Shown here: one piece after another, positions 30,585-39,009 of the stretch
Position numbering within the stretch: position 1 is the stretch's first letter
How the letters are laid out: each line of letters begins with the position of its first letter
Source: a virus
Taxonomy: Duplodnaviria > Heunggongvirae > Uroviricota > Caudoviricetes
Direction: 5' to 3' (one strand)
Virus record (IMG/VR): IMGVR_UViG_3300044630_004416
Location: 41,440-105,439 of that record
DNA length: 64,000 nt
Translations under genes and position numbers: made by a program
The notes under the pieces: model-generated
The model's database searches: none
The model's input: the letters and a program-made list of their open reading frames with translations, nothing else
Told to the model about the DNA's origin: nothing

Positions 30585-32518
30585 TTATCGGTGGTTTCTG
30601 GAGTATAATTTGAAATATCTGGAACTGGAACAGTTTCCTCAGTTGTTGTACTGGTAGAAGTATCAGGTTCTTCTACTTCTGGAGTTGGAAGTTGCTCATC
30701 ATCTGCGGTAATAGTATCAGTATCCTCAAATATTTCACCATCATATTCTATATCTATAAATTCATTACTTGGTGCATCTACATCAGGATTTTCTGGAATT
30801 ACACTAATATCAATATTATCATCTTTACAAGCAGTTAATGTAAAGGTTCCTTTTCCAGTACCAAAATCTATTGTACCAACTTTTCCTAATACTGTGCCAT
30901 AAATGGTACTAATGTAAATATTATTATCTTCAGTTTCGCAATTGTCAGCTCCAACCCAAATAAACACAGGAGCATCAGATTCTTCAATACAGAACTGGCT
31001 ACTTACCATAGAGTATTGAGAAGTTGGATTTTTCTTGATTTGCTTATTAAAATTGAAATTATACTTAAATTCGATATTGCCATATAGAGGTATAGTTTTT
31101 TTCAAATAAGTTTTGATTATAATGTTTTTGATTGATGAATCTAAATCTTTAATGTCACAAGTAACCTCTGTAGAAATTAAACTTCCTCCAAAATTTTTAA
31201 CATCACTCTTATTACTATAATTTAAGATTGCACTATCAATAATTGATTTTAATTCTTCTGGAGTTTTTTTAGTCTTTGATTTAGTATATGAAATATAATA
31301 CTTCATTACTACTTTTAGAGTTTCTGCATCAATAATTTCTGGAATTACAGAACCAATATTATATTTTTTTAATTGATTCTTTATTTTGTTTTTATCAAAA
31401 TCACTAATGGTTCCTCCAATCTTTGGTTTGATTGATATTATTACCTTTCCATATTGAGGAGGAGTTAGGCTCTCTCCACCAATAACTTTAACTAATTCTG
31501 CGTTTGGATAGATGTTTTGAATCTGTGATTCATAGTCTAGAGTAGTTACTGCTCTGTGTTGAGATGCAAAGTATCTAGGTGCTCTATATTTTATTGACTT
31601 GATAGATTCAAATTCAGAACCTCCATCAGTTTTTTCACTTACTAAAGTAAAATCTACATTTACAATTCCAATTGTAGAAGTACTTAACCCAGAAATTCCA
31701 CTTAATGAATATACTGGGGTGAAATTAGTTTTGTTTTTAATATTATTAACAACTGCTCCTGAAGTAATCACATATTCAATGATAACTACTTCTCCATTAA
31801 TTAACTTTCTTCCTAATGCTCCATCGCCAAAAATGACTTCATATTTTTGGTCTTGAATTTCCTCTACAAAGAAAATTTTATCATTTGGTCCCAATTCATC
31901 AATTGAGTACACTCTAGTATATTCTTCAAATGATGTTGAAGTAGAATCATTTTTTACATATACTCTAATAGTAGCAGAGTCTACAAAATTGTTTGGAACG
32001 AAAAATCTTTGATTCTCATTACTATCATCTACAACATAAGAAATATTGTAGTTTGTTCCCTGAAGTAATTCTACATTTTTAAATGTTACTGTAGTTTGAC
32101 CAGAAGTAACAGGTTTTGTAATAGAGTCTCTAATAATAAATGGATATGTCTTATTATTGATTACTGTAGTTAAAATATTTCCAGAATTTAAACGAACATA
32201 ATCTAATGAACCAACATTAGATGCAGTTATATCAACAGTTACTTTTGCACATGTGTAAGAATTTGGATTATATCCTAATTTTTTGGCATGTGAAACTATA
32301 TTATCTCTCAAAACAGCAGTATCTAAATTTAATTCATTTGCTGCCATATTGATATTATATGACGTATACATTGTGTTATACGCCAGAACATCAACGAGCA
32401 TAGATAAATTAGAACCTTCAAAATCATAATCAGAAAAATCTGATTGATTTTTTAAGAAAGTTTTAATTGAATTTTTTATCTGCTCAAATTCTAGTGAAGC
32501 AACTGAAGGTAATTCCAT
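30572..32518 (-). CDS. baseplate wedge protein gp6-like
   Basis: 648 aa. N-terminal DFSDYDFEGSNLSMLVDVLAYNTMY matches T4 gp6 EFLDYDFEGSRLNVLCDLLAYNTLY. Follows gp25 as in cyanomyovirus order. Confidence 0.8.
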   Translation of the reverse strand: MELPSVASLEFEQIKNSIKTFLKNQSDFSDYDFEGSNLSMLVDVLAYNTMYTSYNINMAANELNLDTAVLRDNIVSHAKKLGYNPNSYTCAKVTVDITASNVGSLDYVRLNSGNILTTVINNKTYPFIIRDSITKPVTSGQTTVTFKNVELLQGTNYNISYVVDDSNENQRFFVPNNFVDSATIRVYVKNDSTSTSFEEYTRVYSIDELGPNDKIFFVEEIQDQKYEVIFGDGALGRKLINGEVVIIEYVITSGAVVNNIKNKTNFTPVYSLSGISGLSTSTIGIVNVDFTLVSEKTDGGSEFESIKSIKYRAPRYFASQHRAVTTLDYESQIQNIYPNAELVKVIGGESLTPPQYGKVIISIKPKIGGTISDFDKNKIKNQLKKYNIGSVIPEIIDAETLKVVMKYYISYTKSKTKKTPEELKSIIDSAILNYSNKSDVKNFGGSLISTEVTCDIKDLDSSIKNIIIKTYLKKTIPLYGNIEFKYNFNFNKQIKKNPTSQYSMVSSQFCIEESDAPVFIWVGADNCETEDNNIYISTIYGTVLGKVGTIDFGTGKGTFTLTACKDDNIDISVIPENPDVDAPSNEFIDIEYDGEIFEDTDTITADDEQLPTPEVEEPDTSTSTTTEETVPVPDISNYTPETTDKCLV

Positions 32519-32521
32519 CTA

Positions 32522-32938
32522 TTAACTTTCTCGTACTAGTAGAAATTCTACCGTTTGAACCGTAGGTGGTAAACCTACAATCAGATATTCAATGTATACA
32601 GTAAATTCATTTAAATCATCTTCAACGGTTACTGAAATATTTTTTAAAGTAATTCTTGGTTCGTATGTTTGTAATATTGTTTCGATTTCTTCAATCAATG
32701 AATTTGAAGAAAATGTAGTATTTAATTCAAACAAATATGTTGTAGTATTTGTTCCAAGAAAAGGTCTAAATAATCTTTCTTTTAATTTAGTAAGAACTAA
32801 ATTTTTGACTGACTGCTTAATTGCCTCTTCATTTTTAAGCACAACAATATCACCAGTTTTTGGATTCTTAGTAAAATTAAAACTAATATCTTTAAAAGAC
32901 CTAGAGATTTTTCCTAGTTCTTCTGAAACTGTTGACAT
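32522..32938 (-). CDS. baseplate wedge protein gp25-like
   Basis: 138 aa. ERLFRPFLGTNTTTYLFE and ILQTYEPRITLKNISV match T4 gp25 SRPFDPEFGCDLSDQLFE and AVRNYEPRIDKLAVNV. Confidence 0.8.
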   Translation of the reverse strand: MSTVSEELGKISRSFKDISFNFTKNPKTGDIVVLKNEEAIKQSVKNLVLTKLKERLFRPFLGTNTTTYLFELNTTFSSNSLIEEIETILQTYEPRITLKNISVTVEDDLNEFTVYIEYLIVGLPPTVQTVEFLLVRES

Positions 32939-32975
32939 TGAAGAAATTTAGAATGTTTACTATGTATATTAAAAT

Positions 32976-33128
32976 TTAAGAGTTATCTTGAAAATATTCA
33001 CAATAATTCAGTTGATACTTTTTAAATTTATTTGGTTTTTGTGGAATATAATCGGTAATAAGTTTAGTTGTACCCCACATTTCTTTCATATATTTAACAT
33101 CCCTATCGGGATTTGGGTTAACTGCCAT
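32976..33128 (-). CDS. small protein (50 aa), tentative
   Basis: Manual translation MAVNPNPDRDVKYMKEMWGTTKLITDYIPQKPNKFKKYQLNYCEYFQDNS. Lies in the gap upstream of gp25. Confidence 0.25.
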   Translation of the reverse strand: MAVNPNPDRDVKYMKEMWGTTKLITDYIPQKPNKFKKYQLNYCEYFQDNS

Positions 33129-33206
33129 CTGTCTTCTCCATAATGGGTCGAACAGAACTTTTAAAGGGGTTGCTATCCCTTCATATTATATTTAGTTACT
33201 TTTTCC

Positions 33207-33239
33207 GCAAAAAAACGGGCTAAAAGCCCGCATTTTTGC
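33207..33239. terminator. bidirectional rho-independent terminator
   Basis: GCAAAAAAACGGGCTAAAAGCCCGCATTTTTGC is a perfect hairpin (CGGGCT/AGCCCG, 3-nt loop) flanked by complementary A7 and T5 runs. On the minus strand it is followed by a T7 run. Sits directly after the stop of the basic 47-aa ORF. Confidence 0.7.
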
Positions 33240-33245
33240 CAATTT

Positions 33246-33389
33246 TCAGCTTCCTTGGCCCCTATATCTCTTTTTCCTGCCATTTCTGCTAGAAGCAGAC
33301 AGTTTGGTGTTCTTGCTTCTTCCTTGTCGAGTTGTTTTTGGGTTTCCAGGAATATAGCTTGATTTGTTGAAACTTGGTGATTTTGCCAT
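33246..33389 (-). CDS. small highly basic protein (47 aa)
   Basis: Manual translation MAKSPSFNKSSYIPGNPKTTRQGRSKNTKLSASSRNGRKKRYRGQGS. Ends 6 nt before the terminator. More coherent than the overlapping 80-aa track ORF 33173..33415, which reads through the terminator. Confidence 0.4.
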   Translation of the reverse strand: MAKSPSFNKSSYIPGNPKTTRQGRSKNTKLSASSRNGRKKRYRGQGS

Positions 33390-33404
33390 AGTAATAAAAA
33401 ACGA

Positions 33405-33725
33405 TTAGTTTGCAAAGACGGTCGTTGGACCTGATAGTATTGTACGTGGAGAAGAGGGAGCTGTCAAGTCCCCTACATGAGCTGTCATCCTACCTTCTTT
33501 AAAAACAGTACTCACTGAGATAATCTGTCTATACAGAGGAGGACAACCAGAATCGCAACTTGGAATTCCAGGAACAGGAGTTAATACGTCTCCTAGTTTA
33601 GCAGTTGGAAGTCCATTAGTAAAAATTCTACTTGCTACTGGAGTTACAGTATTTGGTGGATATGTACAACATGGAGGTCCAAATGAAACTGAATCTGGAA
33701 ATCCTAAAGTTGCTACTTGTCTCAT
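33405..33725 (-). CDS. small Cys-rich protein, possibly PAAR-like spike tip
   Basis: 106 aa with GPPCC and CDSGCPP, plus LGDVLTPVPG and AHVGDLTAPS segments (H-x-GD then T-A-P-S). Immediately downstream of the 959-aa structural gene with overlapping stop and start. Confidence 0.35.
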   Translation of the reverse strand: MRQVATLGFPDSVSFGPPCCTYPPNTVTPVASRIFTNGLPTAKLGDVLTPVPGIPSCDSGCPPLYRQIISVSTVFKEGRMTAHVGDLTAPSSPRTILSGPTTVFAN

Positions 33726-36601
33726 GTTTCGTCTCTCTTTTTATAAGGCCAGAATTGAGATAATTTAAACCCTACTTGATAACTTGTAATTACAGAATTT
33801 ATTTCTGGTGCATTTTCAAATGGAACAGTAGTACTTTCAAAGGTATAAGCCTTTCCTGTACCAGAACCATATCCAGTAGCTGTAAATATAGTGCCTACAG
33901 CTGCATTATCAGGAGCACCAATAGATTTCCAATTGGTGGTTCCTAGTGTATGTATTATATAGTCAACACCAGGAATGAATTGCCCAGCGTCGATAAGGTT
34001 TTCAAATGTTGATGTTGTTTGATACACTCCTCTAATACAATTACTAAAAGATGTATCAGTTTTTCCTTTGTAGTAAATAATTTCTTCACCTAGGTAATAA
34101 AACACAGATTCAATATTTTCTGTAATGTCTTCTTTTCTTTTCTCAATATATTTGGGAATGATTAAATACCCAGATGAAAGAAACCCACTGGTACTATCAA
34201 CATTAATTGTTGTTGCAGTTGAAGATAGATTTGAAGTTAATGATGCATATACTGGATTATCAATAAATCCATTTCCTTTATTGAGAATTACTTCACCAAT
34301 ATAGTTACTAATTTCTTCAACTCTAAATTGAAACTTTTTACCATAATCAATTTGTTGGTTTACTCCATCATTCCATACTTGTTCTGGATATGGTCTTGCA
34401 GATAGACCATCATCCCCTGCAGTAGGAGCAACCCATGATTTAGAAACAGTTGTTGGAACCAATGGATTTAATGGATTTGTAATGTCTGCAACCGCATCAA
34501 ATGCACCAGCAGAACAAGCAATGTTTGTAATATATCCGTTAGTTCTAGTTGTAGTAATGGTATATCCATCATTGACGATGTTATCACCAGTTACTCCATT
34601 AAAAGTAACAGTTCCTTCCCATCTTGGAATTGATTTAATAACTACATCAATTTTGTTTTCACTGCTGTCTACTATTACACTGTCGTCAGTCTCAAATACT
34701 ACATCATTTAATAAGTATTCAAGTTTAGAGAATTTTGGTGGAATTCTCTTAAATTTAGTTAATAATAAATCTACTGATGATTTATTCTCACCTATAATTG
34801 TAGCTGGAACTTGAGGAATTTTAGTATTGACTGGAACAGACTCTTCAATACTTTGCATTGCCTTCATTAAATTATTAACTAATGAATTTTCTCCTCCAAT
34901 AAATTGATTGTACATTTCTTGTGGAAGTACAATTGAGGATGAAGACAAAGTATTTGAAATAGTATTGTTTAGATATTGAGATAGCTCATCAACAGAATAT
35001 GCAGATTGTGGACGTACATCAATACAATCATCCTCTACTAGAGTATTGGTGACTGTATTAATCATATTCTTTGCCATAGAAATTTCTTTGTATGGATTAT
35101 ATACTTTCGCATATGTCTGAGAAATTTCATCACCACAAACATCATCTGTTACTTTGGATACTTTTTTTCCATTTAATAGAGTTTTGTTGTGAGTAATTAT
35201 TCTATCTTCTAATTCTGTATATGAAAGATTTTTTGAGTTACTTTCACCAAGCCAATAAAGTAGCTTAGTTTTATCTACAGGTCTATTGAAGTTTGTCCAG
35301 TAAATGTTATCAATAATATAAGAAGTTTCTGTCTTTGGATTTACACAAAGACTTGTATTTGTTAATAATGTAGTACCATCATTTAATATAATACTTCCTA
35401 TAATGTAGTCTGCATCATTTTCTGGAATAATTTCCTGTTCGCAGTCTGTACTTTTATTATAGAATAGTGGAAGATATTCTAGTGTTTTTTTATCTTGTGC
35501 AAAATAAGTTCCAACTACAGCAGAACGATTTGTAATTCCTTTACCTGCATATACTTTTATACTTGCACCAGAACCAGTGGCAGTATATGTACTTGTAGTA
35601 TTAAAACTGGAACCGCTACCAGTTAATTCTGCATAACAAAGTGTAGATGCATTGACTTTATTTGTAGCTGCACTTGTAAAAACTACTGATTTAATTTTCT
35701 TACTTTTAACAGGATTTGATAATACAATTTTATTATCTGTAGAAGAAATAGATGTTACTGTAGTATCTGATTCAATACCAGTACCAACTACTCCATCACC
35801 AACTGAAATGTTTGATTTATCACCAACATAAATGTAAGAATTGGTATTCCCTGGCTTTGAATGCTTTACTACTCTTTTTCGTAAAGATTTATCTGTAATG
35901 TAGTTAATGACTCTACTTACAGTCCATCCGTTTACAGTATCACCTTCTGTAATTACAGTATTTGTAGTTGAAGTATATTTAAAGAATATTTTATTGTCAT
36001 CAGTTCCTCCATGGTAAATGTAACTACCAGTAGGAATACTTTGAATGCTGCTGTCTACTTTATCTAAAGTTAAAGTTGCAGTAACATTTTTACTATCAAC
36101 TGTGTATGTTGTAAGTGCAGTTGTTGTTGAACCACCACCTCCACCACCAGCAGGAGAAGTAGAAGTTTGAGTAGTTGCAACAAAACCACCAACTGTTCTG
36201 GTTAGATTAAATGTAGTGGGCCATTCAAAGATATGATAAAAGTATTCTTCATCATAAGAGTGATTTGCTCTACACTCTCTTTCAAATACAGGTTTTACAC
36301 CGTTACTTCCATCTGGAACGTATTCTTGGTTTGAAACGGTAATTGTATCAAATGTTACATCACCATTATCATCCTCTCCTGATGGAGTCTTAATGGTTTG
36401 TGTAATAAACTTTTCTAACTTCTGAGCATTCTGTATGAACTTGTTGGTATTACTTGCAGGGTCTATCTCGTACCAATACTTTTTAGTGTGATTAAAGCTC
36501 AGTGTTGTACTAGAAGATACTGGAGGGTCTCCACTTGTAGTGGTGTATGTATAAGTATATGTCTTTGATATTTGCTCTTTTTTTGGTCTGCAATTTCCCA
36601 T
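33722..36601 (-). CDS. large structural protein (959 aa), candidate baseplate hub/spike-associated
   Basis: Poly-Gly stretch (PAGGGGGGSTTT). C-terminal HTLGTTNWKSIGAPDNAAVGTIFTATGYGSGTG module shared with two baseplate proteins. First gene of the baseplate operon. Confidence 0.6.
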   Translation of the reverse strand: MGNCRPKKEQISKTYTYTYTTTSGDPPVSSSTTLSFNHTKKYWYEIDPASNTNKFIQNAQKLEKFITQTIKTPSGEDDNGDVTFDTITVSNQEYVPDGSNGVKPVFERECRANHSYDEEYFYHIFEWPTTFNLTRTVGGFVATTQTSTSPAGGGGGGSTTTALTTYTVDSKNVTATLTLDKVDSSIQSIPTGSYIYHGGTDDNKIFFKYTSTTNTVITEGDTVNGWTVSRVINYITDKSLRKRVVKHSKPGNTNSYIYVGDKSNISVGDGVVGTGIESDTTVTSISSTDNKIVLSNPVKSKKIKSVVFTSAATNKVNASTLCYAELTGSGSSFNTTSTYTATGSGASIKVYAGKGITNRSAVVGTYFAQDKKTLEYLPLFYNKSTDCEQEIIPENDADYIIGSIILNDGTTLLTNTSLCVNPKTETSYIIDNIYWTNFNRPVDKTKLLYWLGESNSKNLSYTELEDRIITHNKTLLNGKKVSKVTDDVCGDEISQTYAKVYNPYKEISMAKNMINTVTNTLVEDDCIDVRPQSAYSVDELSQYLNNTISNTLSSSSIVLPQEMYNQFIGGENSLVNNLMKAMQSIEESVPVNTKIPQVPATIIGENKSSVDLLLTKFKRIPPKFSKLEYLLNDVVFETDDSVIVDSSENKIDVVIKSIPRWEGTVTFNGVTGDNIVNDGYTITTTRTNGYITNIACSAGAFDAVADITNPLNPLVPTTVSKSWVAPTAGDDGLSARPYPEQVWNDGVNQQIDYGKKFQFRVEEISNYIGEVILNKGNGFIDNPVYASLTSNLSSTATTINVDSTSGFLSSGYLIIPKYIEKRKEDITENIESVFYYLGEEIIYYKGKTDTSFSNCIRGVYQTTSTFENLIDAGQFIPGVDYIIHTLGTTNWKSIGAPDNAAVGTIFTATGYGSGTGKAYTFESTTVPFENAPEINSVITSYQVGFKLSQFWPYKKRDET

Positions 36602-36658
36602 TTAAGTTAACTATAAAATTGTATGAAACGCTTAATAATTTCTCAAAAAATTGCGAAA

Positions 36659-36838
36659 TTAATCTCCTACTTTATGTATACGAATACCTGGACTATCATG
36701 ATGCTCAAAGAATTCCCACTCTAAAGTGTCTCCTTCTGCCCACTGCATCTCATCTAGTAACTCATCTGGAAAAACTAAGAAATATTCTCCAGATTTTTCA
36801 TCATATTGAACTTCTGTAGTATAAGAAAATGTTGACAT
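36659..36838 (-). CDS. small acidic protein (59 aa)
   Basis: Manual translation MSTFSYTTEVQYDEKSGEYFLVFPDELLDEMQWAEGDTLEWEFFEHHDSPGIRIHKVGD. GTAAATA motif about 20 nt upstream of the ATG. Confidence 0.4.
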   Translation of the reverse strand: MSTFSYTTEVQYDEKSGEYFLVFPDELLDEMQWAEGDTLEWEFFEHHDSPGIRIHKVGD

Positions 36839-36839
36839 A

Positions 36840-37290
36840 TGTGTATGAATATTTACAGTATATAGTAAAAAAATTTTTTTTACATTTTTTCAGAATTTTT
36901 TGAATTTTTCGGTGAAATTTTTTCCGAGAATTTTCAAAATTTCTCTGATTGTGATGTAAATGTATGAAAATTCCTCGGAATGAGTCGTTTTTGTGCTTAT
37001 TTTAGTGATTTTTTGAGTCATTTTGAGGAATTTTGTGGGCAAATGGGGGAATTTGGGGAAAACTTGGAGGGACTTGGAGGGACTTGGAGATTTTTCGGAA
37101 AATTTTTTTGGGTGATTGAGTATCTTTCGGTCGTCTTCAAAGGTTTATAGCTTAGGAGGGACCCAAACTTTTTGTACGGGGCGGGGCGGCCAACCCATAA
37201 GGGGCGCTAATGACTGCCCTCTGCTCCCATAAGGACTGCTGATGCATCAGAAGGGCTGATGAATGGGGGCCGAAGCCCCCTGAATCTCTC
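36840..37290. repeat. repeat-rich non-coding region at a compositional boundary; candidate origin or regulatory region
   Basis: At least 8 copies of GAAWTTTT (36890-37100). Three tandem ACTTGGAGGG units (37061-37090). Imperfect 20-bp direct repeat CCCATAAGGnnnGCTrATG at 37193 and 37227. Palindrome CTGATGCATCAG. Ends in hairpin GGGGGCCGAAGCCCCC (37265-37280). GC rises from about 25% to about 60% across it. No ORF. Confidence 0.55.
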
Positions 37291-37291
37291 A

Positions 37292-37459
37292 TCAGACATC
37301 CATCTCCAGAAGCTTGCCCAGAAGGGCTTCCACATCCTGGCGGGATTCAAACAACTGCCAGGGCTGGCTGCGACGGTCGGCGGCAATCAGGCCAGACATC
37401 ACCAAACGGCGAGCGATGCGAATCTCGGCGTTGGTCAGGGTCAGGGTCTTGGTGGGCAT
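37292..37459 (-). CDS. small GC-rich-island protein (55 aa)
   Basis: MPTKTLTLTNAEIRIARRLVMSGLIAADRRSQPWQLFESRQDVEALLGKLLEMDV with strongly G/C-ending codons. Preceded by the TGCTAGGATT-CTCAGTTCAAA leader. The track's 168-aa version (37292..37798) is read-through across the upstream gene. Confidence 0.45.
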   Translation of the reverse strand: MPTKTLTLTNAEIRIARRLVMSGLIAADRRSQPWQLFESRQDVEALLGKLLEMDV

Positions 37460-37532
37460 TGGTCGGTTCCTTTGAACTGAGAGAATCCTAGCATGGATGG
37501 GGGAGCCCCGAAGGGCTCCCGTTAACATTTGT

Positions 37533-37844
37533 TCACACAGGCGTGTTGCGGTCCTGGCTCCAGTTACGCAGCCTGCGGTTGCTGGCCTTGCTGTAAACTC
37601 GGTCGCCAATGGTACGGTCCCCCACGGTGATGGCGCTGCGGCCTGCAGCATCAGCGGCGGCCTGCAGGGCTTGGCGACCCAGCTTGCGCTCAGAGGGAAG
37701 GGCGACCTCAGAGGTGGCCAGGTCAAACAGCCACTGAGCACGGTGGCGGCCCACGATGGTGGGTTCCTTGATGGTTCGCTTGGCGAGGGCCACGGCAATG
37801 ATGGTGGGAACAGCGGTGCGGGTCAGACGGTCGGAGCGGGTCAT
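37533..37844 (-). CDS. hypothetical protein of GC-rich island (103 aa)
   Basis: High-GC codon usage (acc, cgc, ctg, gcc). Preceded by GC hairpins and a TATAAT box. Confidence 0.5.
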   Translation of the reverse strand: MTRSDRLTRTAVPTIIAVALAKRTIKEPTIVGRHRAQWLFDLATSEVALPSERKLGRQALQAAADAAGRSAITVGDRTIGDRVYSKASNRRLRNWSQDRNTPV

Positions 37845-37958
37845 GGTCTCAGGTAGGTTGTGGGGGCTTCTCTCGCCCCCGTGTTCATATTATAGGGTAT
37901 CGGGGGGAGGCTGGCGATGCCCCAGCCCCGACTTGTAACAAACTGAAATAATTATATT

Positions 37959-38627
37959 TTAGGCGACAATCTCATTGACTGTTTTTTTAGCATTACCGTG
38001 AGCAGGGAAAGCAATAATGAAGTCCCTGTCTGCTTTAGCACAAAGGCCACAAGTTGCACAAGTTACATTCTCATGAATAGTTGCAGGACAAGTGATAACT
38101 TTACGACCAGATTCTGTTTTATAGAATCGTTCGGTTTTATCAGACTTGACAACAGCCACTGCAGGAATGTTGTGCTCAGTCATGATAGCATCAGCCACCT
38201 CAACATCCTCAGTGGATGCATTGATTGTGAAGCCTTTGTTGTTAGCTTCCTTGATGACTTGCAGGTTGTGGTTGTTAAGAACGTGGTGGGTATAAGTGTA
38301 ACCTTTGCGGCCTTTGTTTGCATCAGCCAGTGCAGATACCATGGGAGCATTAATGTCACCCAGGATATGTGGCAGGTCGCCAGATACATTGTGCCGCCAG
38401 AGTTGGCCACGCTGAAGCTTGCGAATTGCGTTCACAAACTCCTGGAAATTAACACCCCTTTCCTGTTCAGTTACCTTGCGCCAGTGAATAGCTTGGGGGC
38501 CAGACTTGGCGTAGCAACCTTTATCGTAAAAGGGGCAAGTGCTGGGGCAGGTCTCACGGCTGGAGGTGCTGGTAGGGATGGGGCCAGTCTTAGCGTTGCT
38601 GGAGACCTGGGTGAGAGCGAAGTTCAT
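37959..38627 (-). CDS. Cys-rich hypothetical protein (222 aa), possible metal-binding
   Basis: N-terminal CPSTCPFYDKGC and C-terminal CPATIHENVTCATCGLC clusters. Moderately GC-rich codons. Preceded by the same TGCTAGGATT-CTCAGTTCAAA leader as the 55-aa gene. Confidence 0.55.
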   Translation of the reverse strand: MNFALTQVSSNAKTGPIPTSTSSRETCPSTCPFYDKGCYAKSGPQAIHWRKVTEQERGVNFQEFVNAIRKLQRGQLWRHNVSGDLPHILGDINAPMVSALADANKGRKGYTYTHHVLNNHNLQVIKEANNKGFTINASTEDVEVADAIMTEHNIPAVAVVKSDKTERFYKTESGRKVITCPATIHENVTCATCGLCAKADRDFIIAFPAHGNAKKTVNEIVA

Positions 38628-38693
38628 GACTTGGGTTTGAACTGAGGTAATCCTAGCAGGTGGTGGGGGCTGGAGAGCCCCCTGTTACAAAGC

Positions 38694-38933
38694 TTAACCT
38701 TTGGCCAGCCAGTCGGAGACTGACATAATCCAGCCCTCGCTGTGCCAGGTGCGGAATCGGTCAGTCTTAAACTGTTCCCACTGTTCGGCAGTCAGCTGGT
38801 GGCCTTCCACCATAACGGGCTCGGTGCTGGGCTTGGGCTTAGCCTGTCCCAGGTTAGCACGGAACCGCTCGGCGGCAGCATCAGCCTGGCTCAGCTCAGG
38901 GCTCAGGCCAGGGAGGTGCTCGGTGTTGAACAT
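38694..38933 (-). CDS. hypothetical protein of GC-rich island (79 aa)
   Basis: GC-rich ORF preceded by a TTGTAACA-hairpin-TGTTGTAGGATT leader. Confidence 0.5.
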   Translation of the reverse strand: MFNTEHLPGLSPELSQADAAAERFRANLGQAKPKPSTEPVMVEGHQLTAEQWEQFKTDRFRTWHSEGWIMSVSDWLAKG

Positions 38934-39009
38934 TGGTCGGTTGCGACTGCCCCAGAATCCTACAACATGGGGGCTGCCACCTGGCCAGCCCTGTTACAAT
39001 TTGAAATAT

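Noticed and set aside
33173-33415. 80-aa minus-strand track ORF
   Set aside because: It reads straight through a perfect rho-independent hairpin (the segment CGLLARFFAE is the terminator). The alternative-frame basic 47-aa ORF ends just before the terminator and is more coherent.
36547-36819. 90-aa plus-strand ORF overlapping the 959-aa gene start and the 59-aa acidic gene
   Set aside because: Antisense to the better-supported 59-aa minus-strand ORF. Hydrophobic low-complexity product.
37292-37798. 168-aa Pro/Trp/Ser-rich track ORF
   Set aside because: Translation (MPWPSPSEPSRNPPSWAATVLSGCLTWPPL...) looks like an out-of-frame read of GC-rich DNA across the 103-aa gene. Only the last 55 codons, from the ATG at 37459 behind the conserved leader, are retained.
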